From: Flaccisagitta enflata
Taxonomy: Eukaryota
Direction: 5' to 3'
DNA length: 64,000 nucleotides
NCBI GenBank assembly: GCA_965153355.1
Contig: OZ231126.1
Coordinates: 7,936,001-8,000,000, forward strand
In this document: piece after piece, positions 1-12,882 of the stretch
How the letters are laid out: each line of letters opens with the position of its first letter
How positions within the stretch are numbered: the first letter of the stretch is position 1
The notes under the pieces: model-generated
What the model was told of the DNA's origin: nothing
The model's input: the letters and a program-made list of their open reading frames with translations, nothing else
Database searches by the model: none
Made by a program: the position numbers and the translations under genes

Positions 1-240
1 GACAATCTTTCGCTTAGCGGCTTTGACACTTTATCTCTCAAACATCCGACCAGAGTGGTCCACGACTACCAGTATAACAGGAAAATCAAGTGAAAATGAT
101 GTCAATAAATATCCTCTTTTTTCTTATAGATTCTTTTTTTTTTTTATCCTTTGACTCTCTGTCTCTCTGTCTCTCTCCGTCTCATTCATTCTGGCTTTTT
201 TAAGTAGAGATTTCCATCAATGTGGGAGTGTATTTAAAAG

Positions 241-480
<240 letters not shown>

Positions 481-499
481 AACAATCGGTTTTCATGGT

Positions 500-3250
500 G
501 ATTTATCCGTTATCCGTTATCCCATATATCCTATCCGTTACACGGATAGCCGGATCTCGATACCTTATCTCTGGGTGTGACATACATCAGAGAATTTTGG
601 GCTGTGTGACGTACATCAGAGAAAACTGGGTGGTGTGACATACATGGGATAATTTTGGGCTGTGTGACATACATTGGAGAAAACTGGGTGGTGTGACATA
701 CATTGGAGAATTCTGGGCTGTGTGACATACATTGGAGAAAACTGGGTGGTGTGACATACATCAGAGAAAACTAGGTGTGACATACATTGGAGAATTCTAG
801 GCTGTGTGACATACATCGGAGAAAACTGGGTGGTGTGACATACATCGAAGAATTCTGGGCTGTGTGACATACATCGGAAAAAACTGGGTGGTGTGACATA
901 CATTAGAGAATTCTATTTTGGGTTGACATGGAATGTTTGAGGGAATGGTCTCAATCAGTGGAAAGGATTTTGATTTTAGGTTGTGGGTTGCATGAACCTT
1001 TTACAATGGGAAGATCAGATGGATGTGTGGTCCAAAACAGCACAATCATCTGGTACTCTTTCTTGTCACTGGTACTTGTAGCAAACAGGTTAGAATTATT
1101 GATTTTTTCCTGGTTGGTTCCTGGTTGGATTGTTGTCTTGAATTATTTCATGATTATGTTGAGATAGACTTAGTTATTTTGAATACTAAGGATAGTTGTG
1201 ATGGGTCCGGATTAAACACCAGTGAGAGCTCCAAAGGCTCTCATCCTTAAGTAAAGTAGGGTTGAGTAGTAGTGTTGTCCAACTTTCATACATCGGAGAA
1301 AACTGGGTGGTGTGATATATATTGGAAAATTCTGGATTGTGTGACATTTATTGGAGAAAACTGGGTGGTGTGACATACATCAGAGAATTCTGGGCTGTGT
1401 GACATACATTGGAGAAAACTAGGTGGTGTGACATACATCGGAGAATTCTGGGCTGTGTGACATACATTGGAGAAAACTGGGTGGTGTGACATACATCAGA
1501 GAATTCTGGGCTGTGTGACATACATTGGAGAAAACTGGGTTGTGTGACATACATTGGAGCATTCTGGGCTGTGTGACATACATTGGAGAAAACTGGGTTG
1601 TGTGACATACATTGGAGCATTCTGGGCTGTGTGACATACATTGGAGAATTCTGGGCTGTTTCACATACACCGGAGAAAACTGGGTGGTGTGACATACATC
1701 GGGGAATTTTGAGCTGTGTGACATACATCGGAGAAAACTGGGCTGTGTGACATACATCGGAGAATTCTGGGCTGTGTGACATACATCGGAGAAAACTGGG
1801 TGGTGTGACATACATCAGAGAATTCTGGGCTATATGACATATATCGAAGAAAACTGGGTAAAGTGACATACATCGGAGAATTCTGGGCTTTGTGACATAC
1901 ATCGGAGAAAACTGGGTTGTGTGACATACATCCGAGCAAACTGGGTTGTGTGACATACATCAGAGAATTCTGGGCTGTGTGACATACATCAGAGAATTCT
2001 GGGCTGTGTGACATATCGGAAAAAACTGGGTTGTGTGACATACATCAGAGAATTCTGGGCTATGTGACATACATCAGAGAATTCTGGGCTGTGTGACATA
2101 CATCAGAGAAAACTGGATTGTGTGACATACATTGGAGAATTCTGGGCTGTGTGATATACATCGGAGAAAACTGGGTGGTGTGACATACATCAGAGAATTC
2201 TGGGCTGCGTGACATACATTGGAGAAAACTGGGTGGTGTGACATACATTGGAGAATTCTGGTCTGTGTGACATACATCGGAGAAAACTGGGTTGTGTGAC
2301 ATACACCGGAGAATTCTGGGCTGTGTGACATACAACGGAGAAAACTGGGTTGTGTGACATACATTGGACCTGGAGAATGTGACAAACATCGAAGAATACT
2401 GGGCTGTGTGACATACATAAGAGAAACCTGGGTGATGTGACATATATTGGAGAATACTGGGCTGTGTGACATACATCGGAAAAAACTGAGTGGTGTGACG
2501 TACATCAGGGAAATTTGGGATGTGTGACATATATCGGGGAAAACTGGGTTGTGTGACGTACATTGGAGAATTCTGGGCTGTGTGACATACATCGGAGAAT
2601 TCTGGGCTGTGTGACATATACGGGAGAAAACTAGGTGGTGTGACTTACATCGGTGAATTTTGGACTGTGTGACATATATCGGAGAAAACTGGGTTGTGTG
2701 ACATACATCGGAGAATTCTGGGCGGTGTGACATACATTAGAAAAAACTGGGTGGTGTGACATACTTTGGAGAATTCTGGGCTGTGTGACACACATTGGAG
2801 AAAACTGGTTGGTGTGACATACATCGGAGAATTCTGGGCTGTGTGACATATCGCAAAAAACTGGGTTGTGTGACATACATCGGAGAATTCTGGGCTGTGT
2901 GACATACATTAGAGAAAACTGGGAGGTGTGACATACATCAGAGAATTCTGGGGTGTGCGACATACATCGGAGAAAACTGGGTTGTGTGACATACATTGGA
3001 GAAAACTGGGTTATGTGACATATATCGTAGAATTCTGGGCTGTGTGACATACATCGGAGAAAACTGGGTTGTGTGACACACATCGGAGAATTCTGGGCTG
3101 TGTGACATACATTGGAAAAAACTAGGTGGTGTGACATACATTGGAGATAACTGAACTGCAAGTGTGACATACACAAACGGACGAACGCATGCACGAACGA
3201 ACGGAGAAATCTGTGGAACTTTGGTGTTCCACTTTCGTAGAACACAATAA
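500..3250 (-). mobile_element. Probable HINE/Helitron-like non-autonomous element whose body is a 29-bp satellite
   Basis: Array is bounded on the right by a (CGAA/CGGA) microsatellite, a hairpin (GTGGAAC...GTTCCAC) and an A-run, and on the left by TATCCGT...ACGGATA hairpins. This matches HINE architecture. Confidence 0.5.
572..3172. repeat. 29-bp tandem satellite, two variants mostly alternating (GTGACATACATCGGAGAATTCTGGGCTGT / GTGACATACATTGGAGAAAACTGGGTGGT)
   Basis: Dozens of direct copies, interrupted at ~913-1287; source of the MSH/VCHT repetitive ORFs. Confidence 0.95.
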
Positions 3251-3333
3251 AATTGATATAACTATAATTACACGCTATAATTGGGATAAATATTTTAAAA
3301 CAGCCCCTTCTTTATGATATTGGAAATCGTTAC

Positions 3334-3473
3334 CTGATTTGACAGAATAGATTGATATTTGCATTGTAGACTGTGAAGTCTACGAACAAGACTCTGGTTC
3401 CTCTATCGATCCATAAATGATTCTCCAATTCATCGACGATTGATGCTGAATGGGACCTTGTCAACCCCAAATC
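3334..3473 (-). CDS. PKD2: Polycystin-2 (TRPP) exon, TOP domain: DLGLTRSHSASIVDELENHLWIDRGTRVLFVDFTVYNANINLFCQIR
   Basis: Hallmark WIDRGTR..F.DF.VYNANINLFC motif; AG acceptor 3475-3474, GT donor 3333-3332; phase 0 start matches the upstream exon. Paralog (PKD2 vs PKD2L) not resolved. Confidence 0.93.
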
Positions 3474-3871
3474 CTTATGACAGAAAAAGGACGTTGTGAC
3501 AAGTGAATGAATGGATGGATGAATGAATGAATGAATGAATAAATGAGTGTAGGAATGAATGATTGAATGAATGAATGAGAGAATCAATCAATTAATCAAT
3601 CAATCAATCTATGAGGTGACACGTTAACGACAATTGATGCTGACTGGGACCTTGGTAGCGCTAACTACTAATGACTGAAGAGGGACATTGTGACAAGTGA
3701 ATGAATGAATGAATGAATGAGTGAATAAATTAGGTGATAATTTAACGACAATTGAAGCTGATTGGGACCTTGTTAGCGCCAAAATTATCATTATGGTCAA
3801 ATGATAATTTATCGATCGCTATTTGTACAGAAATGTATCTCAAATACCACAACGATGAAAGCACAATACCC

Positions 3872-4440
3872 TTTTTTGGGCAGCGGCCCCAAAGGGCCGA
3901 TGTCCTGTAGAACACAGGGGGGAATTTCCATACGTCCGTCCGTCCTTCCGTCCGTCCCCCCCCCCCCGTTGGCCTCAAATTTGCCCTCCCAGCCCTCAAA
4001 TTTGCCCTCCCAGCCCTCAAATTTGCCCTCCCAGCCCTCAATTTAGCCCCCCAGGCCTCAAATCAGCTTTCCAGGCTTCAGATCAGCCCCCCACCTCAAA
4101 TCTGACCTCCAGACCTCAAATCTGCCTTCCAGACCCTCAATTAGCCCTCCAAGCATAAAATCAGCCCTCCATGGCTTAAATTTGCCCTCCAAACCTCAAA
4201 TCGGCTCTCCAAGCCTTAATTATGCCCTCCAGCCTTCAAATATGCCTTCAGCGGCCTAAATCAGTCATCTAAGGCCTGAAATATGCCCCCTCAGGACGTA
4301 TGGAAATTCCCCCCTGTGTTCTACAGGACATCGGCCCTTTGGGGCCGCTGCCCTGCTCTCACTCCACTTCTTCACTGGATCACTCCCAGCAGGGCATCGG
4401 GTACCGCTGACCATGTGCGATCCTTGGATGACTAGTTTTT
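3872..4440 (+). mobile_element. Non-autonomous element with ~60-bp subterminal inverted repeats and internal ~21-bp tandem repeats (HINE-like)
   Basis: GGGCAGCGGCCCCAAAGGGCCGATGTCCTGTAGAACACAGGGGGGAATTTCCATACGTCC at ~3878-3937 is inverted at ~4294-4353; GTCC microsatellite follows the left copy; T-run flanks. Confidence 0.75.
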
Positions 4441-5196
4441 TTATAAGAACCTAGTTTATAAGAACATCAAGGCTTCGAATGGCCCCAAAATTAAGAATAT
4501 CTTAAGAACATACAAAGGCTTCAAATCTTGAAAAAAATTTCGCTTAAGGTAATATTTAAAGAATATTATTAAAACACTCGAATTTTAGTAAAATTTAGAT
4601 AATATTGTATAATTTTTAGTCACGTGCTACGCGACTCTACACCCCGCTTTGTCGGTCGGTCGGTTGGTCGGTCGGTCAGTTGGTCGGTTGGTCGGTCGGT
4701 CACACTTTACTTTTTTTATTCGTTTTATTCCTACTAACTCATTTTAAGTCAATTAGGTCCTTTAAAGTCAAATTAGATCATTTTTAGTCATTTTAGGTCA
4801 TTTAAAGTCAGTTTAAGTCAATTTAAGTTATTTGAGTCATTTTAATAGTTTCCTCATTTTAGTGATTTTAGGTCAATTTAACTCAATTAAGGTCAGTTAA
4901 GTTCAATTTAAGTTATTCTAGGTCAATTTAAGTCATTTAAAGTCAATTTAAGACAGTTTAAGTCAATTTAAGTCATTTAAAGTCAATTTAAGACAGTTTA
5001 AGTCATTTTAGTCACTAAGTCATTTTAGTCATTTTAGATCAATTCAAGTCAATTTAACTCATTTTAAGTCATTTTAGGTCATTTTGAATCATTTTTAGTC
5101 ATCTTCAGTCAATTAAATTCAATGGCAGTCATTTTAGTGATGTGGTTATGTAAAAAAGTAATTATTTAAGTCTCGCACGCGACTTATAGGTGTTGG

Positions 5197-8100
5197 TGAG
5201 GTGTATCAAAATGGCCTCTAGGCTTCAGATCGTCTGTGCCGCGGTTTTGGGCACGGGGTGGGTGTGGTAGAACACAAAAATACCCTTGGGGGGCTTCCCA
5301 AAGGGGTCCTGTGAGTAGTCCACCACTTAAAAGCTTGAAAAAATGGCCCCAAAGTGAGCCAAAGCTGGTGGTGACCTGTCAACTTCAAATTTTTTTTTGC
5401 TAGCCTGTTTTTGATGAATAAGCACATTTTTTGGACTCATTGGGGAGCAAAAACATGTAAGAGGGTAGTGGGGTGAGTGGTTGAGGGGGGTGTCCCATGT
5501 GGTGGGGGCAAGGGGGTCAAATTGGCCAAAATTCAGGTCCTGATGGAGGTGGTCGTAAAAAATGACGAAAATTCAAAATATCATTTTTTTTGGTCAAATT
5601 ATGTTGTAACTTGATGGTTTTAGCCAAAAAACCTAATCTAAATCGGAATTTTGGTTGAAAAATGCCAAATAATAGTTGTGGTGGTTGTTGGTGATTTTGG
5701 GGTTTTAACCATTCAACTTTGAAAGCTCATATCTTTTACACTATTGGGAGAAAATATTTTTGGCCGGTCTCATTCAAAAAAGCATAAAAAATTCTTTCAG
5801 AATCTCATGAATTTTGTCCAGTTTCATTCAGAAATGGTGCTACAGTGATCTCTCAAAGTACAGTGAAAATTGTGTATTTCAGGTGTTTGAACAATCTCAT
5901 TTTGTTGAGCTATTTCTTCCAAGGAAATGTAGATAAAAATCGAAATATCAAATTTTTTGATCAAATTATGTTGCAACTCAATGATAATAGCCAAAAAACC
6001 AGAAGCGAATTGGAATTTTGGTGGAAAAATGCCAAATTACAGTTGTGGCGGTTGTTGATGATTTTAGGGTTATAACCATTCAACTTTGAAAGCTTATATC
6101 TTTTACACGGTTAGGAGAAAATATTTTTGGCCGGTCTCATTCAAAAAAGCATAAAAAAATCTTTCAGAATCTCATAAATTTTGTCCAGTTTCATTCAGAA
6201 ATGGCGCTACAGTGATCTCTCAAAGTACAGTGAAAATTGTCTTTTTGGGAGTTTGACTTCGTCAGGCTTTGTCAAGCTAAATGGACTAAGTTAATGGAGA
6301 TTGAAGTACACAGTTGGTCTCATTTGAAAGATCTTTTTGAAAGCTTTCAGAACCTCGTGAATTTGGTCTTGACTTATTCAGAAATGGTGCTACAGTGATA
6401 TCTCAAAGTAAAGTGAAAAGCATTTTTCCATATGTTTGATCCATCCCTTGTTTTGAGGCGCATATCTTTTAAACGATTAGGAGAAAATATTTTTGGCTAG
6501 TCTCGTCGAAAAGAGCATTGAAAAATCTTTCAGATGCTCATGAATTTGGTCCATTTTCATTCAATAATGGCAATACAGTGATATCTCAAAGGTACAGTAA
6601 AGGTGAATGTTTTCGGTATTAGACTCATCCCTTTTTGTAGGCGGCGATATCAGATGGGGTTGAAAAGCTCGCTCGAAAAAGATTTTTGGCATTTTGACTA
6701 AAGTGAGGACGCTGAATAAAACTGTGGAAATCATAAGTCTTTAGCATTACTCGTTTTGGTGTTTTACAAACTTTTTTAATAAAAAAATGGGGGAAAAAAA
6801 GTAACACTTATTCTACGACTTCATTCTAAAACTCATCTCCACTGACATTTTTTCTAAGTCAGAGTTAACCTTCCAATGTATCATTGCGCGTCAGGGAAGG
6901 GAGACAAACTGGCTAAAATCAACATATAAATGGACGGACGAATACACAGATGCGCAGACAGTTCATCACTTTACCAAAGGTGGATCCGACTGCATGCAGC
7001 AGGCTGTGTCATGCAATTTAGCGCCTTAGAAAAGTTGTTTTGGTAAGAGGTGATGCTAGTGCGTAACTCACTACAGCATAGTGAAACAGCAATGATGTCA
7101 AGGAAATTCGCACCATAAAAATCACCCTTACATACATCTTCATCCGAGTAAGGAAGTAGATCTAGAAGGAAAAGTGAAATATTTTCCAAACCATTTGGGT
7201 GACATCGATGATAAAAAGAGTGACCATAATGTATATGAAATGCTATAGATTCAAAAAAATTTAATTGTCTGTGCTTAGGTTGACCTTTACGTCCCCGGAC
7301 TCTGACTCTGAATGTAAGAACAGAAAATTGTGTCAAACATCATGTCAGTTAATTCAATACTAAAAATCGGGGTTGCTCTAATCTATTATCATTCCAACGA
7401 AATCCAAAGCAGAATTTCAAGCTCTATCCATTGGTGCCACCCCCAGAACTGTAGAGGTCAGCGTTTGGCAATGCCGATGATATCTTACAGGTAGTTGAAT
7501 TCAAATTAGAGCAAAATCAGAACTGTTTCTCGTGACTAGAAGTATAACTTCAAGCGCTACCTTTTGTCCAGCTATATCTTTTGAGAGAGAAAAAATCTGT
7601 CGGTGTCATTTGACAGAGCCTGAAAAGGATGAAATCAAAAAGGGTCAAAGACTGACAGACCGACCAATTGACCAACCAATAGGTCTACAGGCAGACAAAT
7701 AGGTTTAATATCGACACTTTTAATTACACTGCGGTGAAAAAAGTGTTTTTGTTGTTGACTGTTTCATTCATACTTCTTTACCCTCTCTTCTGGATAAGTT
7801 CGAATAGCCTAGTCAATGGGAATGAAGAAATTTCATCTTCTTGTTGTCGTTTCTCATTTTCCTCCCAACATCTGTCTAAGTTTGAACATGTCTGAGAAAA
7901 ATAACAAGGTTGGATACATGGCTACCCCAGTTGCGTGCGGGTGGGCAGGGGCCATTATTGAGGTCACCTCATCATTTGGGCAGGTACAGTGAGGCGAGAG
8001 ACCGCAAATACAAAAAAAAAGTAAAGTGTGACGGACAGACCAACGGACCGACGGACGGACCAACAGACGGACCGACAAAGCGGGGTGTAGAGTCGCGTAG

Positions 8101-11100
8101 CATGCAACTAAAAAGGTCAAGAGCGTTGAACTACCGGAATCCGGTCCACTATGTGATCTCTCTCACTTGGAGGATCTTAAGGGGCCCAAGACGCCTTCAA
8201 ATCTGCAAGTTTTGCGTTTTTAGTCGCGTGCTACGTGACACTACACCCCGCTTTGTCCGTCCGTTGGTCGGTCGGTCGGTTGGTCGGTCCCCAGTTTACT
8301 TTTTTATGTTTTTGCGGTCTCTGGCCTCACTGCACTTGCCCAAGTGCTTTAGTAACTCAAATACTGCCCCTGCCCACCCACACGCGACTAAGGTAGCCAT
8401 GTTTTCTTGCCTTGTTTTCTTTTTAGTCGCGTGCACGCGACTCTACAACCCGCTTTGTCCGTCAGTCGGTCGGTTGGTCGGTTGGTCAGTCAGTTGGTCT
8501 GTCGGTCACACTTTACTTTTTTTTATGATTTTATTTCTTTGACCTCACTGCTCCTGCCCAAATGATCTGGTGACCTCAAACATGGCCCCTGCCCACCCGC
8601 ACGCAACTTCGGTAGCCGTGTATCCGGCCTTGTTTTGATAAGTCTCGGCCAGTCCATGAATGAAACTGCAGACGCAGTTGTGGAACGCGTCCTGCAAAAG
8701 CACCCATCTACCTCGGTTTCAAAATGGAACGTTGTCTCAGGGAAGATGTTAAGGACATCTACACTGAAGCCAAGTAGAAAAGACCAATCTTTTAAAATCT
8801 GCATCTTTTATCAACAATTCCATTTCCAACTACTCTGAACATCTTTGCCACTGCACCTTATATGACATTACAATTTGTATGTTTCAATTGTATCCACACC
8901 CAGACGTTTGAATTCCATAATTTGATCAAAAAATTTGATATTTCGATTTTTATCTCCATTTCCTTAGAAGAAATAGCTCAACGAAATGAGATTGTTCAAA
9001 CACCAGAATTACACTTATTTTCACTGTACTTTGAGAGATCACTGTAGCGCCATTTCTGAATGAAACTGGACAAAATTCATGAGATTCTGAAAGAATTTTT
9101 TATGCTTTTTTGAATGAGACCGGCCAAAAAAAGTGGCGCTGCAAAGACCAGATGTAAAATGCAAGCCAAGAGGACAAAAGTGGAGTAGCTGAAAGACAAT
9201 ATGGATGAGGATCGTATTTCATTTTGTATTTTAAGTATTGATCGTTTTAAGCTGGTTAAGAGCACCTTTCAATTTCTGTTAAAACATGAATTTTCTTGAA
9301 TTGCAATGTTAAGTGATGTATTTTTTTAAAAGTAAAAAAATGGTGACTCAAACTTGTCTTTGATTACTCATGGATCCGTTATAACAGTATTCGTGATATC
9401 TGAGCATAACAGCCCCTGCCCACCCAAAAATTTAGCCCCTGCCCAATGATTGACTGCCCCTGCCCTTGAGTGTACTGCCTCTGCCCACCCACCAGCGACT
9501 GCTTCTTGGCCATGTATCCGACCTTGTTTGAATGAGACTGGCCAAAAATATTTTCTCCCAACTGTGTAAAAGATATGAGCTTTCAAAGTTGAAGGGTTAA
9601 AACCCCAAAATTACCAACAACCACCTCAACTGTAATTTGGCATTTTTCAACCAAAACTCCAATTCACTTCTGCTTTTTTTTTTTTGCTATTATCATTAAG
9701 TTGCAACTCATTTGGCCAAAAAATTTGATATTTCGATTTTTATCTCCATTTCCTTGGAAGAAATAGCTCAACGAAATGAGATTGTTCAAACACCTGAATT
9801 ACACAATTTTCACTATACTCTGAGAGATTACTGTAACGCCATTTCTGAAGGAAACTGGAAAAAAATTCATGAGATTCTTAAAGATTTTTTCATGTTTTTT
9901 TTGGATGAGACCGGCCAAAGATATTTTCTCTTAACTGTGTAAAAGATATAAGCTTTCAAATTTGAATGGTTAAAACCCCAAAATCACCAACAACCACCAC
10001 AACTGTAATTTGGCATTTTTCCGCCAAAATTCCAATTCACTTCTGGTTTTTTGGCTATTATCATTGAGTTGCAACATAATTTGATCAAAAAACTTGATAT
10101 TTCGATTTTTATCTCCATTTCCTTGGAAGAAATAGCTCAACAAAATGAGATTGTTCAAAAACCTGAATTACACAATTTTCACTGTACTTTGAGAGATCAC
10201 TGTAGCGCCATTTCTGAAGGAAACTGGACAAAATTTATGAGATTCTGAAAGATGTTTTTATGCTTTTTTGAATGAGACCGGCCAAAAATATTTTCACCCA
10301 ACCATGTAAAAGATATAAGCATCCAAATTTGAATGGTTATAACCCCAAAATCACCAACAACCACCACAACTGTAATTTGGCATTTTTCCACCAAAATTCC
10401 AATTCACTTCTGGGTTTTTTGATATATCATTGAGTTGCAACATACTTAATCAAAAATTTGATATTTCGATTTTTATCTCCATTTCCTTGGAAGAAATAGC
10501 TCAACAAAATGAGATTTTCAAACACCTGAAATAGACAATTTTCACTGTACTTTGAGAGATCACTGTAGCGCCATTTCTGAATGAAACTGGACAAAATTCA
10601 TGAGATTCTGAAAGAATTTTTTATGCTTCTTTGAATAAGACCGGCCAAAAATATTTTCTCCCAACAGTGTAAAAGATATGAGCTTTCAAAGTTGAATGGT
10701 TAAAATCCCCAAAATCACCAGCAACCACCACGACTGTAATTTGGCATTTTTCAACCAAAATTCCGATTTAGATTTGGTTTTTTGGCTAAAACATCAAGTT
10801 ACAACATAATTTGCCCAAAAAAATTGATATTTTGAATTTTATCTCCATTTCCTTGGAAGAAATAGGTCAACGAAATGAGATTGTTCAAACACCTGAAATA
10901 CACAATTTTCACTGTACTTTGAGAGATCACTGTAGCACCTTTTTGAGTGAAACTGGACAAAATTCATGAGATTCTGAAAGAATTTTTTATGCTTTTTTGA
11001 ATGAGACCGGCCAAAAATATTTTCTCCCTACAGTGTAAAAGATATGAGCTTTCAAAGTTGAATGGTTAAAACCCCAAAATCACCAACAACCACCACAACT

Positions 11101-11577
11101 GTTATTTGGCATTTTTCAACCAAAATTCCGATTTAGATTTGGTTTTTTGGCTAAAACCATCAAGTTACAACATAATTTGACCAAAAAAAATGATATTTTG
11201 AATTTTCGTCATTTTTTACGACCACCTCCATCAGGACCTGAATTTTGGCCAATTTGACCCCCTTGCCCCCACCCCATGGGGCACCCCCCTCAACCACTCA
11301 CCCCACTACCCTCTTACATGTTTTTGCTCCCCAATGAGTCCAAAAAATGTGCTTATTCATCAAAAACAGGCTAGCAAAAAAAAATTTGAAGTTGACAGGT
11401 CACCACCAGCTTTGGCTCATTTTGGGGCCATTTTTTCAAGCTTTTAAGTGGTGGACTACTCACAGGACCACTTTGGGAAGCCCCCCAAGGGTATTTTCGT
11501 GTTCTACCACACCCACCCCGTGCCCAAAACCGCGGCACAGACGATCTGAAGCCTAGAGGCCATTTTGATACACCTCA
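5197..11577. mobile_element. 6.4-kb foldback (FB/MULE-like) DNA element with long modular TIRs and 9-bp TSD
   Basis: TGAGGTGTATCAAAATGGCC... at 5197 is inverted at 11577, with ~400 bp of near-perfect outer TIR plus ~365-bp internal tandem modules; TSD AGGTGTTGG at 5188-5196 and 11578-11586; uninterrupted site seen at ~45850-45876. Confidence 0.92.
7904..8634. mobile_element. Cluster of three short HINE/DINE-1-like copies inside the foldback loop
   Basis: Each has AGTCGCGTGC(T)ACGCGACT-type palindrome, GTCG microsatellite and ...CACGCGACT...GTGTATCCGGCCTTGTT-type end; one minus copy (7904-8113), two plus copies. Confidence 0.8.
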
Positions 11578-11880
11578 AGGTGTTGGCCTTGTTAATATAA
11601 ATATTATAAAAATATCTTTAGATTTTAATATTTAGCATTTGTTTAAACAACATTTATTCATTTATATCAAACATATATGATACAAATAAATTATAGTATT
11701 TTATAAAGTTTCCCATAGTTTTTATAGTATTTTTAATTAAGAACACTCTAAGAACATTGAAGGCTTCATTTGGCCTCAAAAATAAGAACACAAAGCCTTT
11801 GAAAAAAAATGATGTTCTGACAAAAAAAAAAAGTACTGATAGTCTGTCATGACAGCAAACTCATTGGTAACATTTAGGCG

Positions 11881-12252
11881 CTACCTGAACAAAACCGCCG
11901 CCACCGTAAACCAGACATACAAACACCGACAGACAAACCAATCATGCAAACTTACTTGAACAAATCCGCCGCCGCCGTGAACCAGATGTAAAGACTGACA
12001 GACAAACCAATCATGCAAACTTACTTGAACGAATCTGCCGCCGCCGTGAACCGGATGTAAAATCTGACAGACAAACCAATCATGCAAAAACATGAACAAA
12101 TCCGCCGCCGCTGTGAACCAGATGTAAAGGCTTACAGACAAACCAATCATGCAAACTTTCTTGAACGAATCCGCCGCCGCCGTGAACCAGATGTAAAGAC
12201 TGACAGACAAACCAATCATGCAAACTTACTTGAACGAATCCGCCGCCGCCGT
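11881..12252 (-). repeat. ~69-bp tandem repeat made of the PKD2 exon end (GGGGFVQ) plus splice donor and intron start
   Basis: About 5.5 copies of GGCGGCGGCGGATTCGTTCAAGTAAGTTTGCATGATTGG... on the minus strand. Confidence 0.9.
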
Positions 12253-12314
12253 AAACTGCCAATTTGCCTTTGTGGTTGCTGCCATCCAAATTGTCAGATG
12301 TTATGTAGTTCCAT
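12230..12314 (-). CDS. PKD2: Polycystin-2 exon: (A)WNYITSDNLDGSNHKGKLAVYGGGGFVQ
   Basis: Aligns to the PKD2 AWIYTSEKDLNGSSHWG..ATYSGAGY motif; CAG acceptor, GTAAGT donor; phases 2 and 0 match both neighbours. Confidence 0.9.
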
Positions 12315-12361
12315 CTGTTATTAATTTTTGTTGGGGATGATTTTAACTAAGTGTGTCTTAT

Positions 12362-12437
12362 GGAACAACAACATCGATAGCGACAACGATAACAACAACT
12401 ACAACAACAAAAACAACAACAACAACTACAACAACAA

Positions 12438-12470
<33 letters not shown>

Positions 12471-12476
12471 CGACAT

Positions 12477-12565
<89 letters not shown>

Positions 12566-12680
12566 GCAACAACAATTGCAACAACAACAAGTACAAAAAC
12601 CGAAACAACAACAAGGACAAAAACAGCAACAACAAGACCAACAACATCAACATCAGCATCATCGACACAACAACAATTCA
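12362..12680. repeat. (CAA)n microsatellite in PKD2 intron
   Basis: Direct reading; produces spurious poly-N/T/Q/V/L ORFs. Confidence 0.95.
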
Positions 12681-12708
12681 CTATGGCGACCGAAAACGAA
12701 GTTCTTAC

Positions 12709-12882
12709 GCCGCGAGTTGCGTGTCGTAGTCTCGCTTTTTGGCTGTTTCCTGAGCATTTTTGACCCATAATTGGCAGTTTCTCCAAGTTGGGTTGTCGTA
12801 GCATCTCCAAGTCCCGTCGACGGTCGTGTTGAGAAGCTCGTTGGCCAAAGACTGCTGCTCACCGGAGTTGGAAAATTTGTCT
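12709..12882 (-). CDS. PKD2: Polycystin-2 exon encoding an inserted TOP-domain segment: (K)DKFSNSGEQQSLANELLNTTVDGTWRCYDNPTWRNCQLWVKNAQETAKKRDYDTQLA(A)
   Basis: 174-nt symmetric (phase 2-2) open exon with CAG/GTAAG sites between two conserved PKD2 exons; supplies the Ala of the conserved AW motif. Confidence 0.75.

Larger units (their letters stand above)
4613..11593 (+). mobile_element. HINE/DINE-1-like element split near its 3' end by the foldback element
   Basis: 5' AGTCACGTGCTACGCGACT near-palindrome, GTCG microsatellite, AGTCATTTT repeats; 3' CACGCGACTTATAGGTGTTGG|CCTTGTT is interrupted at 5196 and resumes at 11578. Confidence 0.8.

Noticed and set aside
531-3245. Repetitive ORFs (MSHHPVFS/VCHT)
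   Set aside because: Translations of a 29-bp satellite cycling through all frames.
6971-8838. Transposase remnant in the foldback loop
   Set aside because: Short ORFs show no MULE/DDE motif I can recognise; needs a profile search.
5218-11556. Duplicated 69-aa ORF pair (5218-5427 and 11347-11556)
   Set aside because: These are the two TIR arms of the foldback element.
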